A stretch of DNA of 64,000 bases from the human T2T-CHM13v2.0 reference genome, Homo sapiens: NCBI RefSeq assembly GCF_009914755.1, contig NC_060936.1, one strand, 5' to 3'. This document shows, piece after piece, positions 12,856 to 26,522 of the stretch (its first letter is position 1; the number at the start of each line of letters is the position of its first letter). Both the position numbers and the translations under genes were made by a program. The notes below the pieces were generated by a model that did not search any database, was not told the DNA's origin, and saw only the letters and a list, made by a program, of their open reading frames with translations.

Positions 12856-15800
12856 GATAGATATTTAAAAAGCAATAGTTTTGTGTGTGTCTGTTGGGGG
12901 GGTGGCAATAACCACTTACTTGCTAAAAAAAAAGCTATTTAATAGTTAGGATTAAATTCATCAAGAAATATATAGGACCTACATGAAAAAAACTCATACA
13001 TTTTCATGTAAATATATAGAACTCCCTAACCAAATAGATCAAGATGCCATATTTTAGATGAGAACAGTTAAAATTGTAAAAACATCCACGCTCTCAAAAT
13101 TAATATACAAATTCAACACAATGCTGGAGTGTACTTAGGGGGAAAATTTGACAAGATTATTTAAAAAATCATATTGAAGAATAAATATTCAGTATTACCA
13201 ATAAAATTTAAAAAGCAAGAATAGTGAGGAGAGATTAAGCATAATAGACAATAAACCATTCTGTAAAATTACCATAAACCAAATGGGGAGGCAATTGGCA
13301 TGGAAATTGACAAACTGATTAGGAGCAGAAAAAAAGACATCGTATTTTAAAATTCAATGGGAAAAGATTGTTTGTTCATATATGGTGCTGGTAAAAACTG
13401 GCTTTCTACCTGAAAAAAATAAAATAAAATTAGGCCCTTACCTTTGGCCTTGTCAATTCTGGATAGATTAAATCACTACTTATAAAAAATAGAATAAGAA
13501 AATTCAGGGGGCTATATGTAAAAATCAACAGTTGAGAAAACATTTGCAACACAAATGACAAAGTGCTATTACCTATAATATACAATGAGAGCTTGCAAAT
13601 TGATAACAATAAGACAAGCATACTACAGAAAAAGGAATGAAAAATTTGAATAGTTAATTCATAGGGAAGTAAGCCCAGATGAACAATAAACAAGTAAAAA
13701 GCTGTTCAAATTTTTTACTAGTTAGGAAAATACAGATGAAAGGGAAAATGAAATCATTCTTTTTACACATCAGTTTGAAAAATTTTAAAGGAAGATTTAT
13801 ACCAACTATAGGTGGACATTTGTGAAAGAGAATATTCACATGCATGGTTCGAAGAATGTACTTTTTGAAAAACAACCTGGCGATTTATTTTTTTAAAAAT
13901 ATACACATCATTTGACTCAGCAGTTCTATTCCTATGATTCTGGACTATAGAAATAAAAGTGCAAATAATATAAAGGATGTTTATTTCATCTCTGTTTCTA
14001 GCAGCACAACACTGAAAAGGTGAATAACCATTAATAGAAGAATAGGTGAATAAACTGTGCTATATTTGTAACATAGAGCATTATAAGTCTACTAAAAAGA
14101 ATAAGTTAGACCTGTATCATCTAAGTTGAATGGATATTCTGTATTGTTAAGTGAAAAAAAGCAAGATGTAATTCTTGCATATAATGTCATTTTGGTAAAA
14201 CAAATAATGACAATGATCCCTTTACCCCTGCATGTGTCTATGAGTATGGAAAAATGTGAAACTATACGTTTAACATTTGTTATCTAGATGAGAGGTGAAA
14301 AGGGGCAGAAGGAAAAGACAGGGAGAAGAAAGAAAAAAAAACAATATATAAAGAGTCATCTTTGAGCAAGAACATGAGAAAAAAAGAAAAACAACAATAG
14401 CAAAGAAACAAAAACTTCTAAGAGTTTGGAATTAAATTCCCTGATTGGAGAAGATACCATTATAGGGTTGGAATAGACCTAGAGTCACACACACACAAGA
14501 GAATTTAGGAAACTACCAGAACTTCCATTTAGCTATGTTACTTAAGAGTTAAATCTAATTTCCATAGCAGAAATTGGGACTAATTTTAGAACCCACACTG
14601 TAATCTTTACTTTCAATTTTATGTATTTGGGTAATGTTTTGGAGGTCTCAAATAATATTAAAAAGTAATAATTTTTTAATTTACCTGTAAATCCAAAGTC
14701 TGTATTTGTCTGGTAAGATTAAATAAATGATAAGAAGAACATTTTTCTCTCACCATTTTAATATTTACATCATGGTGTATCATATTTATTTTGTAAATTC
14801 CTGGCGTTCTTCAGAAATGAGAATGAATATAATTTGCTACTGTTTTTCACCATGTGCCTTACACATAGTAGGAATTAAATAAATAATCTGTTGAACAGGA
14901 TTGAATTCCACTTTTTTTTTCAAGAGTGCTTTCCAGCTGAGATAAATCACCAAAGGCTGACCAACAAGAATTCCTAATACTAGAGGACCTAACATTCCTT
15001 CTGAGGCAGGAGATAGACTTTTATTTCAGCACCAAAAGGATCTACAAAACGCAGCCCATCGAGTCATAATGAATAACAATTTCACCTTCACTCAAGTGTG
15101 TGCTTGAACAGTAACAGGTGATTAAACCTATCACAGTATTACCTTGCAGACTGGAGGCACTCACCACATTCTCGTGGTTTCTAAGGCAACTGATTAAGGA
15201 TTCTAAGAACTGAGGCCCCATTTAGGCTGATGCCCTTGGAAAGGTAGAATTTCTTTTCCAGTAGGCTGTACTGGAAGACAAGGCTTATTTGTTTTAATGT
15301 TTTCCATTTCTCTGAATTTCACAACACAAGGTGCTCAGATACCTTTTGGTAGAGCCTACTGGAAAATGTTACCAGTATAAAAATAAAGAGCTCGGTTTTG
15401 CCAATCCAAAAAACACTTGGTGTGATTACTGGTAAATAGGAGGCAACTCAATGAGGACTCTGTTTTCCTTTTAGCCTCACTTTTTATTTACTTCTTTGCA
15501 ACACAAACTGTAAACGGTAACATTGATGATGTTCGGCCAACACCTCAGTGAAGGACTCTCTTTAATAAAACCTGTGGTGTTGGATGGGTCCAATACAGAC
15601 AGGCTTTTCATGCAGTTCTGCTGTTCAGGCTTGACACCCACCGTGATGAACTGCCGTTGAGATAAATTCAGTGATTCTCTGGAATAAGCTCTTTAGGGTT
15701 ACAAAATGGCCTCCAGAGAGAGTCAGGGCTTGCTTCCAATGGGAAGTTAAGTGGATTTTTTTTTTTCTTTTAAGCAGCTAGTCTGATCTCCAACCAGCAG

Positions 15801-16171
15801 GTTGTTCACATACTTCTATAGTACTCCCAGCCTTGGCTGCAGCCTTGCTTTCTCTTTATGGACTCATTACCCAAATCTCTGAAATGAAGTGATTTTTTTT
15901 CATTAACTCACTGAGGCATAACACGAGCATTTCACTACCACATAAAATTTACTACCTTTGTTCTTTTCTCTGGCAGAAGGAATATTAAATCTTAGCTATC
16001 AGCTATGAAACACAATGCCTGCTGTTTTTTCATGCAAGAAAAATGTTGATCAGATTCCCACACATTTTTGGGGCAATGATGGTTGTTATTATGACTCTCA
16101 AGGTCCTGAGATAACTTGAAAGTGGCAATACATTCACACATCTTATGCAATGACTTTATCATGCAAGGCTC

Positions 16172-16308
16172 ACACTAGAATGTAAACTCTGAAGTTTTAC
16201 CTGTTTAACTCACTAATACATTCTTGTGTCTTCTACAATACTTAGGAAGTATATAGAAGGTAGGGCCCTGATAACTGTTTATTGAATGAACGAATGAATG
16301 AATGAATG
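16172..16308 (+). mobile_element. L2 3' end
   Basis: ACTAGAATGTAAACTC ... TTTATTGAATGAACGAATGAATGAATGAA tail. Confidence 0.75.
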
Positions 16309-17001
16309 GTCCTGTTCTGGGACATGGTGAGGTTAGCATGGCATGCCAACTGGGAGTGATGAGGACTTGGAACTATGCCACCTACCAAAGCAGAAATTTT
16401 AGGACAAGGCCTGGCTTCAATGCTCTGGGGAAATGTCCATTTCAACAGGGAGAACACATGATTTAGTTGTATAGATGGATACAAAAAGTGATAGTAATGA
16501 CAATAAGTTGCTATATACTTTTTGCACAGTAGGATTAATCTGCACAAAATCTTACAAACTAGATGGCAGTGTCTCCATTTTACAATGTGACAAATGAGTC
16601 CCTGGAGGTTTAATTAGTTTCCTAATATCACATAAGTAGTAAAATGGTAGAGTTGAGATGAAAAATACTGGCTGCTTTTAAAGTTCATGCTCTTTTCATA
16701 AATGTGTGTGGATAATAGGCATTGGATGTGGGCACATAATAGGAGGAGGCAGGGGAGCCCAGTGACCAGTTATCCTCAGAGTATGTAAGTCAGAGGCCAG
16801 GGAGTTCAGGAATCTAGGTAGGCCCATAATCTAATCCTTCAAGACGTGGGGAATCTTTTGAGCAGGTAGCAGGGACCCAGTTACTGGGCTGGAAATTTTG
16901 GTGAAGAGGCAGGAGGATCTGGTAAGAGGAAGGAAGGACCCTCATCTTAGAAGAATTGGGAAACTGGACAGGCCACAAGGATAGTGTCTCTGGTGCAGGG
17001 A

Positions 17002-17620
17002 TATATGTTTTCTACTATTGAGTAACAAATTACTACAAATTTAGCAGCTTGAAAAACACCCACAGTTCTGGAGGTCAGAAGTCCATGCAGGGTCTGCTGA
17101 GTCCTCTACCTAGGATCTCACAAAGCCTAAAAGTATTGATTAAGGCTCTTAGTGGGAGCTCTGGGGAAGAGTGTACTTCCAGGCTTATTCAGCTTGTTGG
17201 TGGCATCCAGGTCTTGTGCTTGTATGACTGCAGTTCCTATTTTCTTGCTGGTTGTTATCTGGGGACCACCCTCAGCTCCTTGAGTCTGTGTTCAGGTCCT
17301 GCCCTGTGGTTCCCTCTACTCAGCAATGGGAAAATGCAAACCTCCTTTGCATCAAATTCTTCTCACACTTTGAATCTGTCTGGATTCCTCTTCTACTACT
17401 GGTTGGATTAAAAGGGCTCATGTGATTAGAATAGTTTCACTTGAAGAATCTCCCTATTTCAAAGTAACTGATTAGTACCCATTAATTGTATTTCGAAATC
17501 ACTTTTTTTTTTTTCGTGTTAAGTAACACAATCAGAAGCATGATACATCATCATCTTCACAGTCCTGGGGAGTAGGGACTGTGGCCTCTGGGGTGGGGAC
17601 ATATTAAAATTCAGCCTAGC
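17002..17620 (-). mobile_element. MaLR solo LTR (MLT1D/E-like)
   Basis: GTAACAAATTACTACAAATTTAGCAGCTT...CACAGTTCTGGAGGTCAGAAGTCC...AAGGGCTCATGTGATTAG. Confidence 0.8.
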
Positions 17621-19470
17621 AGGCAAGGCAACCATCAGGATTTGAGAAAAGGCAAAAATGGGGATTCTGAGTTCCAGTGTGTTGAACTGTTTAAACTTCT
17701 TTTGCTTTAGGTCAATTAGATCAAACTGTGGATATAGGATGCCTGCAGCCAAACCACCAATCTTGACCCATCGTGAGTCTCGGCTCACTGGCAGGGTGAC
17801 TTAGGAGAGTGAGAAGAAAGCTGCCCAAGCTTTTACGCATGTGGAACACATTCACTTCTGACATCCTTTACGAATGGTATGAGAGATGTTTGACTACTTC
17901 CTGACATTGAGAATTTTGTGACTGGAAGGGAGGTGTATGATAATGATGAGGAAGTCTAGTCATTTCTGGCCTTCTCTAAAACCTGTACTTGTTCATGGAA
18001 GAAAAAAATATGTGTTTTTGCCCAAAGGTCTATTCGCCTGTTCCCAGTTGTCATTTTAGTGTTAGGGAGTAGGCAGGGGACTCTTGCCTGCAGAGTGACT
18101 TTACAACAGCCCTCACCTAACCAATCAGCTCCGCAACTAGACATCCTGACACTGTGGAATGGTAATTTATGAGGCCTTTGCTATTTTTATTTCTTTATGT
18201 GGCAGGGAAGAAAACTCCATTTTTTTTCAGAATAAATTCCCTCCCTTTAGGCAGAGAACTTTTGCCAAAAGCAACAACTAAAAATAAAATCTTCCTTTCA
18301 TGTCTATATTTCTGGGCTTCCTCACTTAATCAGAAGATTCTACAGGGACAGGGAAGTAAATGATAATCCTAGAATATTTTAGAATCATTGAGTTCCCCAG
18401 CTGGTTCAGAAACTGCATCAAATTAAGGGCCTAGCTTACCTATTTGTAATATAAGGCTTAAAAAGCAGTCTGAATGAGACAATTTAGTATTCTTGACAAT
18501 ATTAAATGTCAGCATCAACTGTTGGGAAAAATTCAGATTTCTTTCCTCCCATCTTCAAAACATGCTTTTTTTCTTTCTTTTTTTTTTTGGTTTCTCTTGA
18601 GAAGACTTAAGCTCTGCATTTTTACTCATAATCAAATAGGATAGATTTGGCTAGCCGGTTCCTCAGAATAACTGCTAGACTCTTCAAACAAGCAGCTGTC
18701 CCCAATTAACCTGTAAGGCATGTCAGATGCAAGGCCTGGTTCTACAGGCAGACAGGCAGCTAATGGGGCAGTTCTTCACACACTCCATTTGCATTTCTGG
18801 CAGTCAAAATATATGTTGCTTTTCTCTTGGCTCTGTTATTTAATTTCCACCGGTGAACTAATGAGGATTAAAAAAAAAAACTTTCCTTATTTTTATTTTT
18901 CAAAACCGTGTTGATAAGAAACAAGCAACAATGCCCACATTGAGAGTAATGCTTTTTGCTATTTTAATATTTTATCTTTAGAGGAACACTGCAAGGCAGT
19001 ATCTTAGAAAGGCATTCCTGGCACAATTTCTTCTATGAGGCCTTGGTCGTCCCAAACAAATGGCACCAAATTGTCCCATAAGGTATGTGAAGCTTATAGC
19101 TTTCTAAATACAAAGCTAACAGATGAGATGAGTATAATTCAGCACTTTAATGTGTAGATACCAGTGGTACAATTATCGTATTTGAAATAGGTGCGTGTTA
19201 CAGCTTTTAATTCTGTGTTTAGTTTTATTTTGCTTTTAATAGAGAGTTACTTTGTCCCTGACAGCCCACCTTTGGAATGCTTGGCCACCTTCGTTGTGGT
19301 CAGTGAATGAGGTGCCTGCCAACTGGCCCCTCCAGGTGTCAGGACTGTACTCTGGGAAGGCTCGATGTGTCTTTCTCTGGGCATCAGAAGAATGTGCCCC
19401 CAAGCTGCACCACTGCGGATGGAAGTGGACAAGAGGGACTTGGTTTTGTTGAGGATCTGGAAGACATCAC

Positions 19471-19925
19471 TGACTTAGTTTCCTGGGGCTGCCGTAACAA
19501 AGTGCAACGAGCTGGGTGACTTGAAACAACAGAATCTCACTGTCTCACAGTTCTGGAGGCTAGAAATCTGAAATCAGGATGTCAGCAGGGCCACGCTCCC
19601 TCTGAGAGCCTGGTTAGCACCCATCCCTGGCTCTCCTAGCTTCTGGTGGTGATTGCCAATCCTCAGTGTCCCTTGGTTTGCAGCTGCTGCATTCTTGTCC
19701 CTCTGTGGATGTCTTCACCTGCCTTCCTCCTCTCTCTCTGTGTGTCCAAATTTCCCTCTTCTTTCAAGGACACAGTCATATTGGGCTATGACCCACCCTA
19801 AAGACCTCATCTTAATTTGATTAAAGCTGTGAAGAGCCTATTTCCGATAAAGGTCACATTCACAGATTCTAGGAGTTAGGACTTCAACATATCTTTTGTG
19901 GTAGGACAGAAACCAACCTAAAACA
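19471..19925 (-). mobile_element. MaLR solo LTR (MLT1B/C-like)
   Basis: TTAGTTTCCTGGGGCTGCCGTAACAAA...TCACAGTTCTGGAGGCTAGAA...AAGGTCACATTCACAG...TTAGGACTTCAACATATCTTTT. Confidence 0.85.
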
Positions 19926-20512
19926 CACCTGTCTCCCACTTTGCTGTACAATGAACTGAGCCTGGAATGGGAAGAAAATGTAACACAAACTCTCTTTGAA
20001 TAGGGATCACTTTCTCCCCCACAGGGTCTCTGTAGGACAGCAGGCCAAAATTTACATGTTTTACTTAATTTTTTTTTTTTTAAATGAACCAGTGTCTCTA
20101 TCGTAAAGGCTCACTCCCTAAGAGGAAAAAGAACTTCCTTCAATTCCAGTTCCAGAAAGGGAAAAACAGTCTTTAGGGGATTAATGTGAGTGTCTCTATT
20201 TTATAGGTGAGAAAACTGAGGCATGGGCAGCTTTAAACACATTGAACACACCTATGTTTCAGACATGGTAGGTGTTTCTATTTATGTATTTAAGGAGTTA
20301 GGTAGTAGTCATATGACTTTCCCTTGCTTGTGTATCTAGAAGAGAGAAGGCAGCAGGTCTTCAAATGTCTCATCTGGAAGTTTGGGCATATGCATTGTTA
20401 TTTCTGAGCATGTGATAAGGAATATATTTTCGAGGATGTAATCTCTGTTATACCCTTCTGAGTTTACCTCTCCAACCTGTACTAAAGTTTTTTCTTTCTA
20501 AAAAGCTCTACT

Positions 20513-20695
20513 GCCTGGGCACAGTGGCTCACACTTGTAATCCCAGCACTTTGGGAGGCCGAGGTGGGTGGATCACCTGAGGTCAGGAGTTCGAGACCAG
20601 CCTGGCCAACATGGCAAAACCCTATCTCTACTGAAAAAAAAAAAAAATAGCTGGGCAACCCTGGGTGACAGAGTGAGACTCCATCTCAAAAAAAA
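20513..20695 (+). mobile_element. AluS with most of the right arm deleted
   Basis: Intact left arm and A-linker; TAGCTGGGC joins via AAC to CCTGGGTGACAGAGTGAGACTCC-poly(A); TSD-like AAAAAGCTCTA / AAAAGGCTCTA. Confidence 0.9.
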
Positions 20696-22339
20696 GGCTC
20701 TATTTTACAGTAAAATAAATATTCCCTATTTATGAAGACTATGTACATGTTATTCTCAACTGAGCCACTTAGTAGACTGTGATTTTATTTTCTTTTTTGA
20801 ACAACTTTAGTTTTGTTGGACTTAATTTGCTAAAGTTTTCATTTGCTCAGTTTTTCTGTGTACCTATCACATAGTGACCTTCCAACTCTGGTTACCTCTT
20901 TTCAGTATCTTCTAACACACTAGTAAGCTTATGTCTTATTATTATTATTATTTTGTAATAGAAGCATTCCCCCCTGGAGCCCTCCTTTCTCTTGTTTAAA
21001 ATGTAAACTCATTGTTCTCCAGACCTGCTCTGCAGCTAGCATCCTGAGACAACTCCTCATCGTCACCCTGGGTGTTCCTTTATTTTCTTTCCTGCGCTGG
21101 ATTCTCTGCTTTCCATGTTTTGCTCCCTCATTTTGGTCAAGAACATTCTCCAGGCCCTTTTTCAGGCATATTGGAGGTAAAAAGATGATGGTTTACATAT
21201 CTGATAGTTTAGAAAATTTTTGTTTGGGCTTTTTAGGCAAACAAAATAAAAGCCATTTTAAGGCATATTTATACCAGTTGGCTATATCTGGAGGTTTGGA
21301 TATCTCCATGCATAGTGTCTACCCATTACCTGGCTACAGAGTTCTTAGTAAATATTTGTCAATATGAGAACCAATGTCTAAACAGTTCATTGATGGAAAT
21401 CCAACTTGTTCCTCATCAACTCAATTCCTTGAAAGTCAAACTCCGGACTTTGGCTCATTGGCAACTAGTACTTTTTCAAAATTATCTGAGGTCAGAGGGT
21501 TTAATGAGGAAGTCTTTATAGGTATTGCAATTCCTTCTCCTGATAAGCCTCACTACACCTGCCACACCTTGCTCTGATCTCATCTACATTCTATCTTAAG
21601 GGTGGGGAGAAGTAGGCACTGATTAATATTGGCAATACTTAGTCAACATGTTATTAATAAGTAGTTAGTTCCTAAGTGTTCATTAAGTACCCACTCTGTT
21701 TCCAGCCTTATCCCAGGCAGTATAATAGATAAAGAAGCAAGTAAAAGAATTTGGACCCTTCCTTGATAGAATTTACAATCTAGCCAGATATATTAATAAT
21801 TAAGGAGTTTATAAGTTGTATGCATTTTCCTCCTCCCTCCTCCTTTCCAGTTAACTCTGACTCTCCCATTGGCCTCCCTGACTGCTTTCCCTTCCCTGTC
21901 ACCCATGATTCATCATCTCTTCAGGATTGCTTAGCAGTATGGCCCATTCTCAGTGTGGAGGGTAGAAAAGGATTTGCAGATGAAGAGTATTTTTGTCACT
22001 TGTTAAAATTGTGACCTTGGGGAAAATCATTCAAATTCTAAGAGACTCAGTTTCTTTATCCTTAAAACTGAGATAATTATGCCCACCTTATATGTTTATT
22101 ACAAAGATTAGTAATAATTTATACAAGGTATATCAAATGTTGTGTGCATGGTGGATGTTTAATAATTTAAACTAGAGATACAACTGCTGCCAATGTTAAA
22201 TGTCAGCTAAAGAAGCACTTAGCAGAAAATGGCTCAAATTCCAGGAAATACTTTTGAAATGTTATTAGGGCAACAGGACATTTGTGTCTGGTCATAACAT
22301 TTAAGTTGCTTGTGTCCATACCAATATTTTTATTTAATT

Positions 22340-22650
22340 TAAATAATTAATTTATTTAGAGTCAGGATCTCACTCTGTTGTCCAGGCTGGAGTGCGGTGG
22401 CACAACCATTGCTTCCTGCAGCCTCAATCTCCCCAGGCTTAGTTGATCCTTTCACCTCAGCCTCCCAAATAGCTGAGACTACAGGTGTGCACCACCACAC
22501 CCAGCTAATTTTTAATTTTTAATTTTTATTTTGGGAGAATGGAGTTTCGCTATGTTTCCCAGGCTGATCTCGAACTTCTAGGCTCAAGTGATTCTCCCAT
22601 CTCCACCTCCCAAAGTGATGGGCTTACAGGTGTGAACCACCATGCCCTGC
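22340..22650 (-). mobile_element. AluJ
   Basis: Diverged antisense Alu with J features (CTGCAGCCTCAA, GGCTCAAGTGAT). Confidence 0.9.
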
Positions 22651-22849
22651 AGCCCTTTACCATTATATTTATTAACTAATACTATTACTTGTAGCCATTG
22701 CTGCCTCCACCTCCCATTTCTCACACCAAAAGGAGAAGAATTAAAAAATAGCAGGTCTCTGCTCAGAAAAAATACCTATCAGTTTTCTCTTAGTAGCCCT
22801 GAAAGTAAGAATTTATTCATTGATTCAACAAATACTTAGAAGTCCAGTC

Positions 22850-23905
22850 CTCGAGGCTGAACATGAAAGAGAGCAGGACATGGAGGCACTTAAAGGTGCT
22901 TGGTATGGCAGAATTGGGAATAGGAAGTGATGAGCAATAATGTTGAAGAGTTAGGCAGGGCCCTGGTCATCTGGGGCTTTCTAGGTCATGTTCTGCCTTT
23001 GGACTGTATGATAGGAGCAAAATGGGAGAGAAGATTGACCTTTTTTGATTATTCTGACTGCAAGTGGAAAAAGGATTTGAGGAGGCAAGATTTTGGACAA
23101 TGGAAGCAGTTGGGGTGCTTTTGCTGCAATCCAGGCAAGAGATACTAGTTGCCTTCTCTAAGGAGTTGGATAAAATTGGAAGACCTTGAGAGCTAGTTAG
23201 GATATAGGAGGTACAAATCCACAATCTCCAGGACTTGCTGAGATGGAATGCTTTGGGGTTTAGAAATCTTTTTGATATTCCTAGAAAGGCAGTATGATGT
23301 ATATAAAGTATGTTATATCACACCCTTAGGGAGGGCTGGGCAATAATCAAGACATCAATATTTGCACAGTAAAAGTCACATATTCACAGTAAATTAGATG
23401 TATCAAGACTGTTAGTAATTCTCAATCACTTCAGAGAGGTTTTGCTGCCAAGCGAGCAGTTTGTTTTGGAATTGTGGGTAACTGTTGATAATTGTATGAG
23501 GCAAATGGAATAAACAAAACAGTGACTTCAGGCTGATACTTGGGTATTTTTTGGGGGAAGCTAGCTGAATGATGGCACCATTCCAAGAGAGGGGTACAAA
23601 GCAGAAAATGCAGGTTTGAAGCTATAAAGATGTGTTCAGTTTGGAGTCTGCACTAGCAGTATTTATGGGACATTTACGTAGATATCAAGTAGCAGCATTT
23701 CAACAGCAAGGGAATGGTCATCAGTTGTCAAAAGCTGGAGACAGAACAAAAAAGATGAGTGCTTATGCGTTTCTTTGATTTAGCAACCAAAGAACTATTG
23801 GTGACCTTGGAAAGAATGGCAGTGGTGTGGCAGAAAAAAGAAACCCAAATGTAGTAGATTAGGGAGTACACAAAAGGTAAGAAAATAGAGTTAGTAAATG
23901 CAGAT
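22850..23905 (-). mobile_element. L2 LINE fragments
   Basis: TGCAATCCAGGCAAGAGAT, GGTGACCTTGGAAAGAATGGCAGTGGTGTGG and other L2 antisense motifs. Confidence 0.65.
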
Positions 23906-24454
23906 ATATCTTTTAAGTTTACCACATATTTATTTGTTTTGCTGGCCAAAATAAAATCCATCTTGCATGTCAATGAGCATAGAGCTGCTAAATAGTTATA
24001 AAAAGTGTAAAAAGGTAAATAAGCCATATTCCTTGCTTTTAAGAATCTGGTACAGAAGATAAACCAAGGAAAAAGGTATCATATGATTAAGTCTCTCAAA
24101 AGAATTGTTTACAATTTTTTTTTTTTTTTTTTTTTACAAACAAGGAGTACACATCTAAATTCCTATGGAATTTTTTGAAATACACCCAGGTTCTATATCC
24201 TTGAATATTTTGATTAATTAGGTCTCAGATGGAGCCAGCCAGGGTTTTGCATATTAAGTAAATTCCAAGGTGATTATGATGAGATGAATTAGGACTAGGA
24301 ATGTACATTTAGGAAATAGCCTTAAAGAGGTGAGAATTTAAGTTGTAAGAGAGAGGTAGAACTTGGAGATGAGACTGAGGAAAACTGAGAGCAGAACCGA
24401 TATTTGTCCTATTTTACTTAGAAGGGGAGCTGGGAGGGGGAGATGAAATAAATA

Positions 24455-24457
24455 CAA

Positions 24458-24492
<35 letters not shown>
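24455..24492. repeat. (AAAT)n microsatellite
   Basis: About 9 direct AAAT units. Confidence 0.9.
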
Positions 24493-24595
24493 GGCTGTGG
24501 GAACTTCCCAGTGCCATGCAAATATAAAGGGGTGTTATGGAGAAAGGCTTTAAAAAATGCTGAACTATAGGAAGACTATTTAAAAAAATAACTTC

Positions 24596-25075
24596 CGATG
24601 CATGACAAGAAAGCCCCAAAATTGGGGTTTAGCACAGGAGGGTTCTTGACTCCACCCAGGAAAGAATTCAAGGGTGAGCTGGTGGCCTAAAACAACAACT
24701 TTTATTGAAACGTCAGTGCACAGCAGCAGCAGAGGTACTGCTCATTGTGGAGCAGGGCTACTCCATAGGCAGTGTGCCCAGAGCACAGGTCAGAGGCAAT
24801 TCTACAGTCACATTTACACCACTTTTAATTCTATGCAAATTAAGGGATGGTTTATGCAGAAATTTCTAGGAAAGAGGTGGTAACTTTCAGGTTGTCAGGT
24901 CATTGCCATGGAAAGGGACAGTAATTTCTGGGTGTTGCCATGGCAACTGCCATGGCACACTGGTGGGCCTGTGTTATTGAGAGGTGCTTCTGCTGGGTAT
25001 ACTATTTTAGCTAGTCCTCAATTTGGTCTCGTGTCTGAGCCCTGTCTCTGGAGTGGAGTCCCACCTCCTACCTCA
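24596..25075 (-). mobile_element. ERV1 solo LTR, MER66-like
   Basis: Minus strand starts TGAGGTAGGAGGTGGGACTCC...CCAAATTGAGGACTAGCTAAAA; 4-bp TSD CTTC at 24592-24595 and 25076-25079. Confidence 0.75.
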
Positions 25076-25406
25076 CTTCCACTGTTTTAGTTTCTAATTA
25101 CAAAAATGTTACAGCAAAGTACAATGAAGAAAAAAAAAATCCTTTGTGGTCTCCCATCCAATAATATCCACTGTTTATTTTTTAGTGGGTATCCTTCCTG
25201 TCTTTTGGCAAACACTTTCAAGAACTTTGATGGAAAGAGTAGCCATTTATGGGAGTTGACATTAGTTTCAGACCAAAAAGATACTTTGCAAAAAAAACTT
25301 TAGGTTGAATTGATTGTTTTTGAATCTTAACATGTAGAAAGATGACTTTGTAACATTTTTGGTATAGCTATAGCTGCTTTGAAAAGGTTTAGTGGAAAGC
25401 ATAGAC

Positions 25407-25632
25407 CAAGGGTTAGCATACTAGAGCCCTTGGGCTAAATCCAGCCCACTGCTTGTGTTCTAAGTAAAGTTGTACTGGAATACACAGCTACACCCATTTG
25501 TTTATGTAATGTCTATGGCTGTTTTCCTGCCACAGCTTCAGATTTGAGTAATTGTGACAGAGACTATCTGGCTCATAAAGCCTAAAATATTTATGATATG
25601 CCTCTTTACATAAAAAGTTTGCTTATGCCTTG
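25407..25632 (+). mobile_element. MER58A hAT-Charlie MITE
   Basis: GGCTAAATCCAGCCC...TAAAGTTGTACTGGAA...AAAGCCTAAAATATTTA...AAAAGTTTGC; approximate 8-bp TSD G(C/T)ATAGAC. Confidence 0.85.
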
Positions 25633-25639
25633 TATAGAC

Positions 25640-25915
25640 TAATGTTTTCCAAATTATGTCCCATGACACATTGGTTTCCTGTGAAATGTTAATAAACTTT
25701 CTTGAACAAGAGCCTTGTATTCAAACAAGTTTGGAAAATGCTGAATTAAAGTTAACCAGGGTTTCTTTCCAGTAGGACATCTGATAACATTTACTATGTT
25801 AATTGATAACCTACAAGAGCAGGGTTTATTATATATAGCATGCTCCCAAATTATCTGGTCATAGATTTTTTTTTTTCTCAGCAACATCTATTAACGTCAT
25901 ATAGTTTGGAAAATC
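25640..25915. mobile_element. MER103C-like hAT element
   Basis: Imperfect TIRs TGTTTTCCAAA ... TTTGGAAAAT; internal CAAACAAGTTTGGAAAATGCTG and its inverted copy. Confidence 0.6.
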
Positions 25916-26281
25916 TTAAATTAGTCTGTTTGGAAGGCTCTGCCAGGGTCATAAAATGGTATAAACTTGAAGCCATGGAGTTTTAATTCTAGGAGGTCTG
26001 TGTAGAAAGCCTGCTTGGTTCCAGAGATCAGAAAACCATTAACTGCTGGTGAATCACCTGAGCTGTCTTTGTCCCCTGACCTCTGTGAAGGAAATTTTAG
26101 TGTGAAGTAAAATTCCCAAGAGTTCTATTCAGAAATAGAGATCGGTGGTAGATTTATAAGGCCTCTAAGATGGTAACTGGAGTAAATGATACATTCAGCT
26201 TTCTGAGACTGTTTCTGAAAATTCAGCTTTCTCAATGTTTTAGGGTAAAATTTTGGGGGTAGATATTTGGAGTATTGTTTT

Positions 26282-26522
26282 CAGAGCTACAATATGACTT
26301 TCATGGGCACCAGGCACTTTTTCCTCTGTGGGACCCTTTTTCCATAAAAAAATTATTGACAGTTATATTTTATGACTGTATTTGTATAAAGACAAATATA
26401 ATCTAGGCTGAATATATTCATTTTTTCTTCTGATTTGAAGAGATATTAATATTAAAACCTTTCATAGCCCCTAAAAATATTGTAGGCCTTAGGCACTGTT
26501 CCTGCTGGATGAGTCAGGCTTG
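26282..26522. mobile_element. ORSL-like hAT-Tip100 element
   Basis: ACTTTCATGGGCACCAGGCACTTT...GTATAAAGACAAATATAATCTAGGCTG...TAGGCACTGT...GGATGAGTCAGG. Confidence 0.6.
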
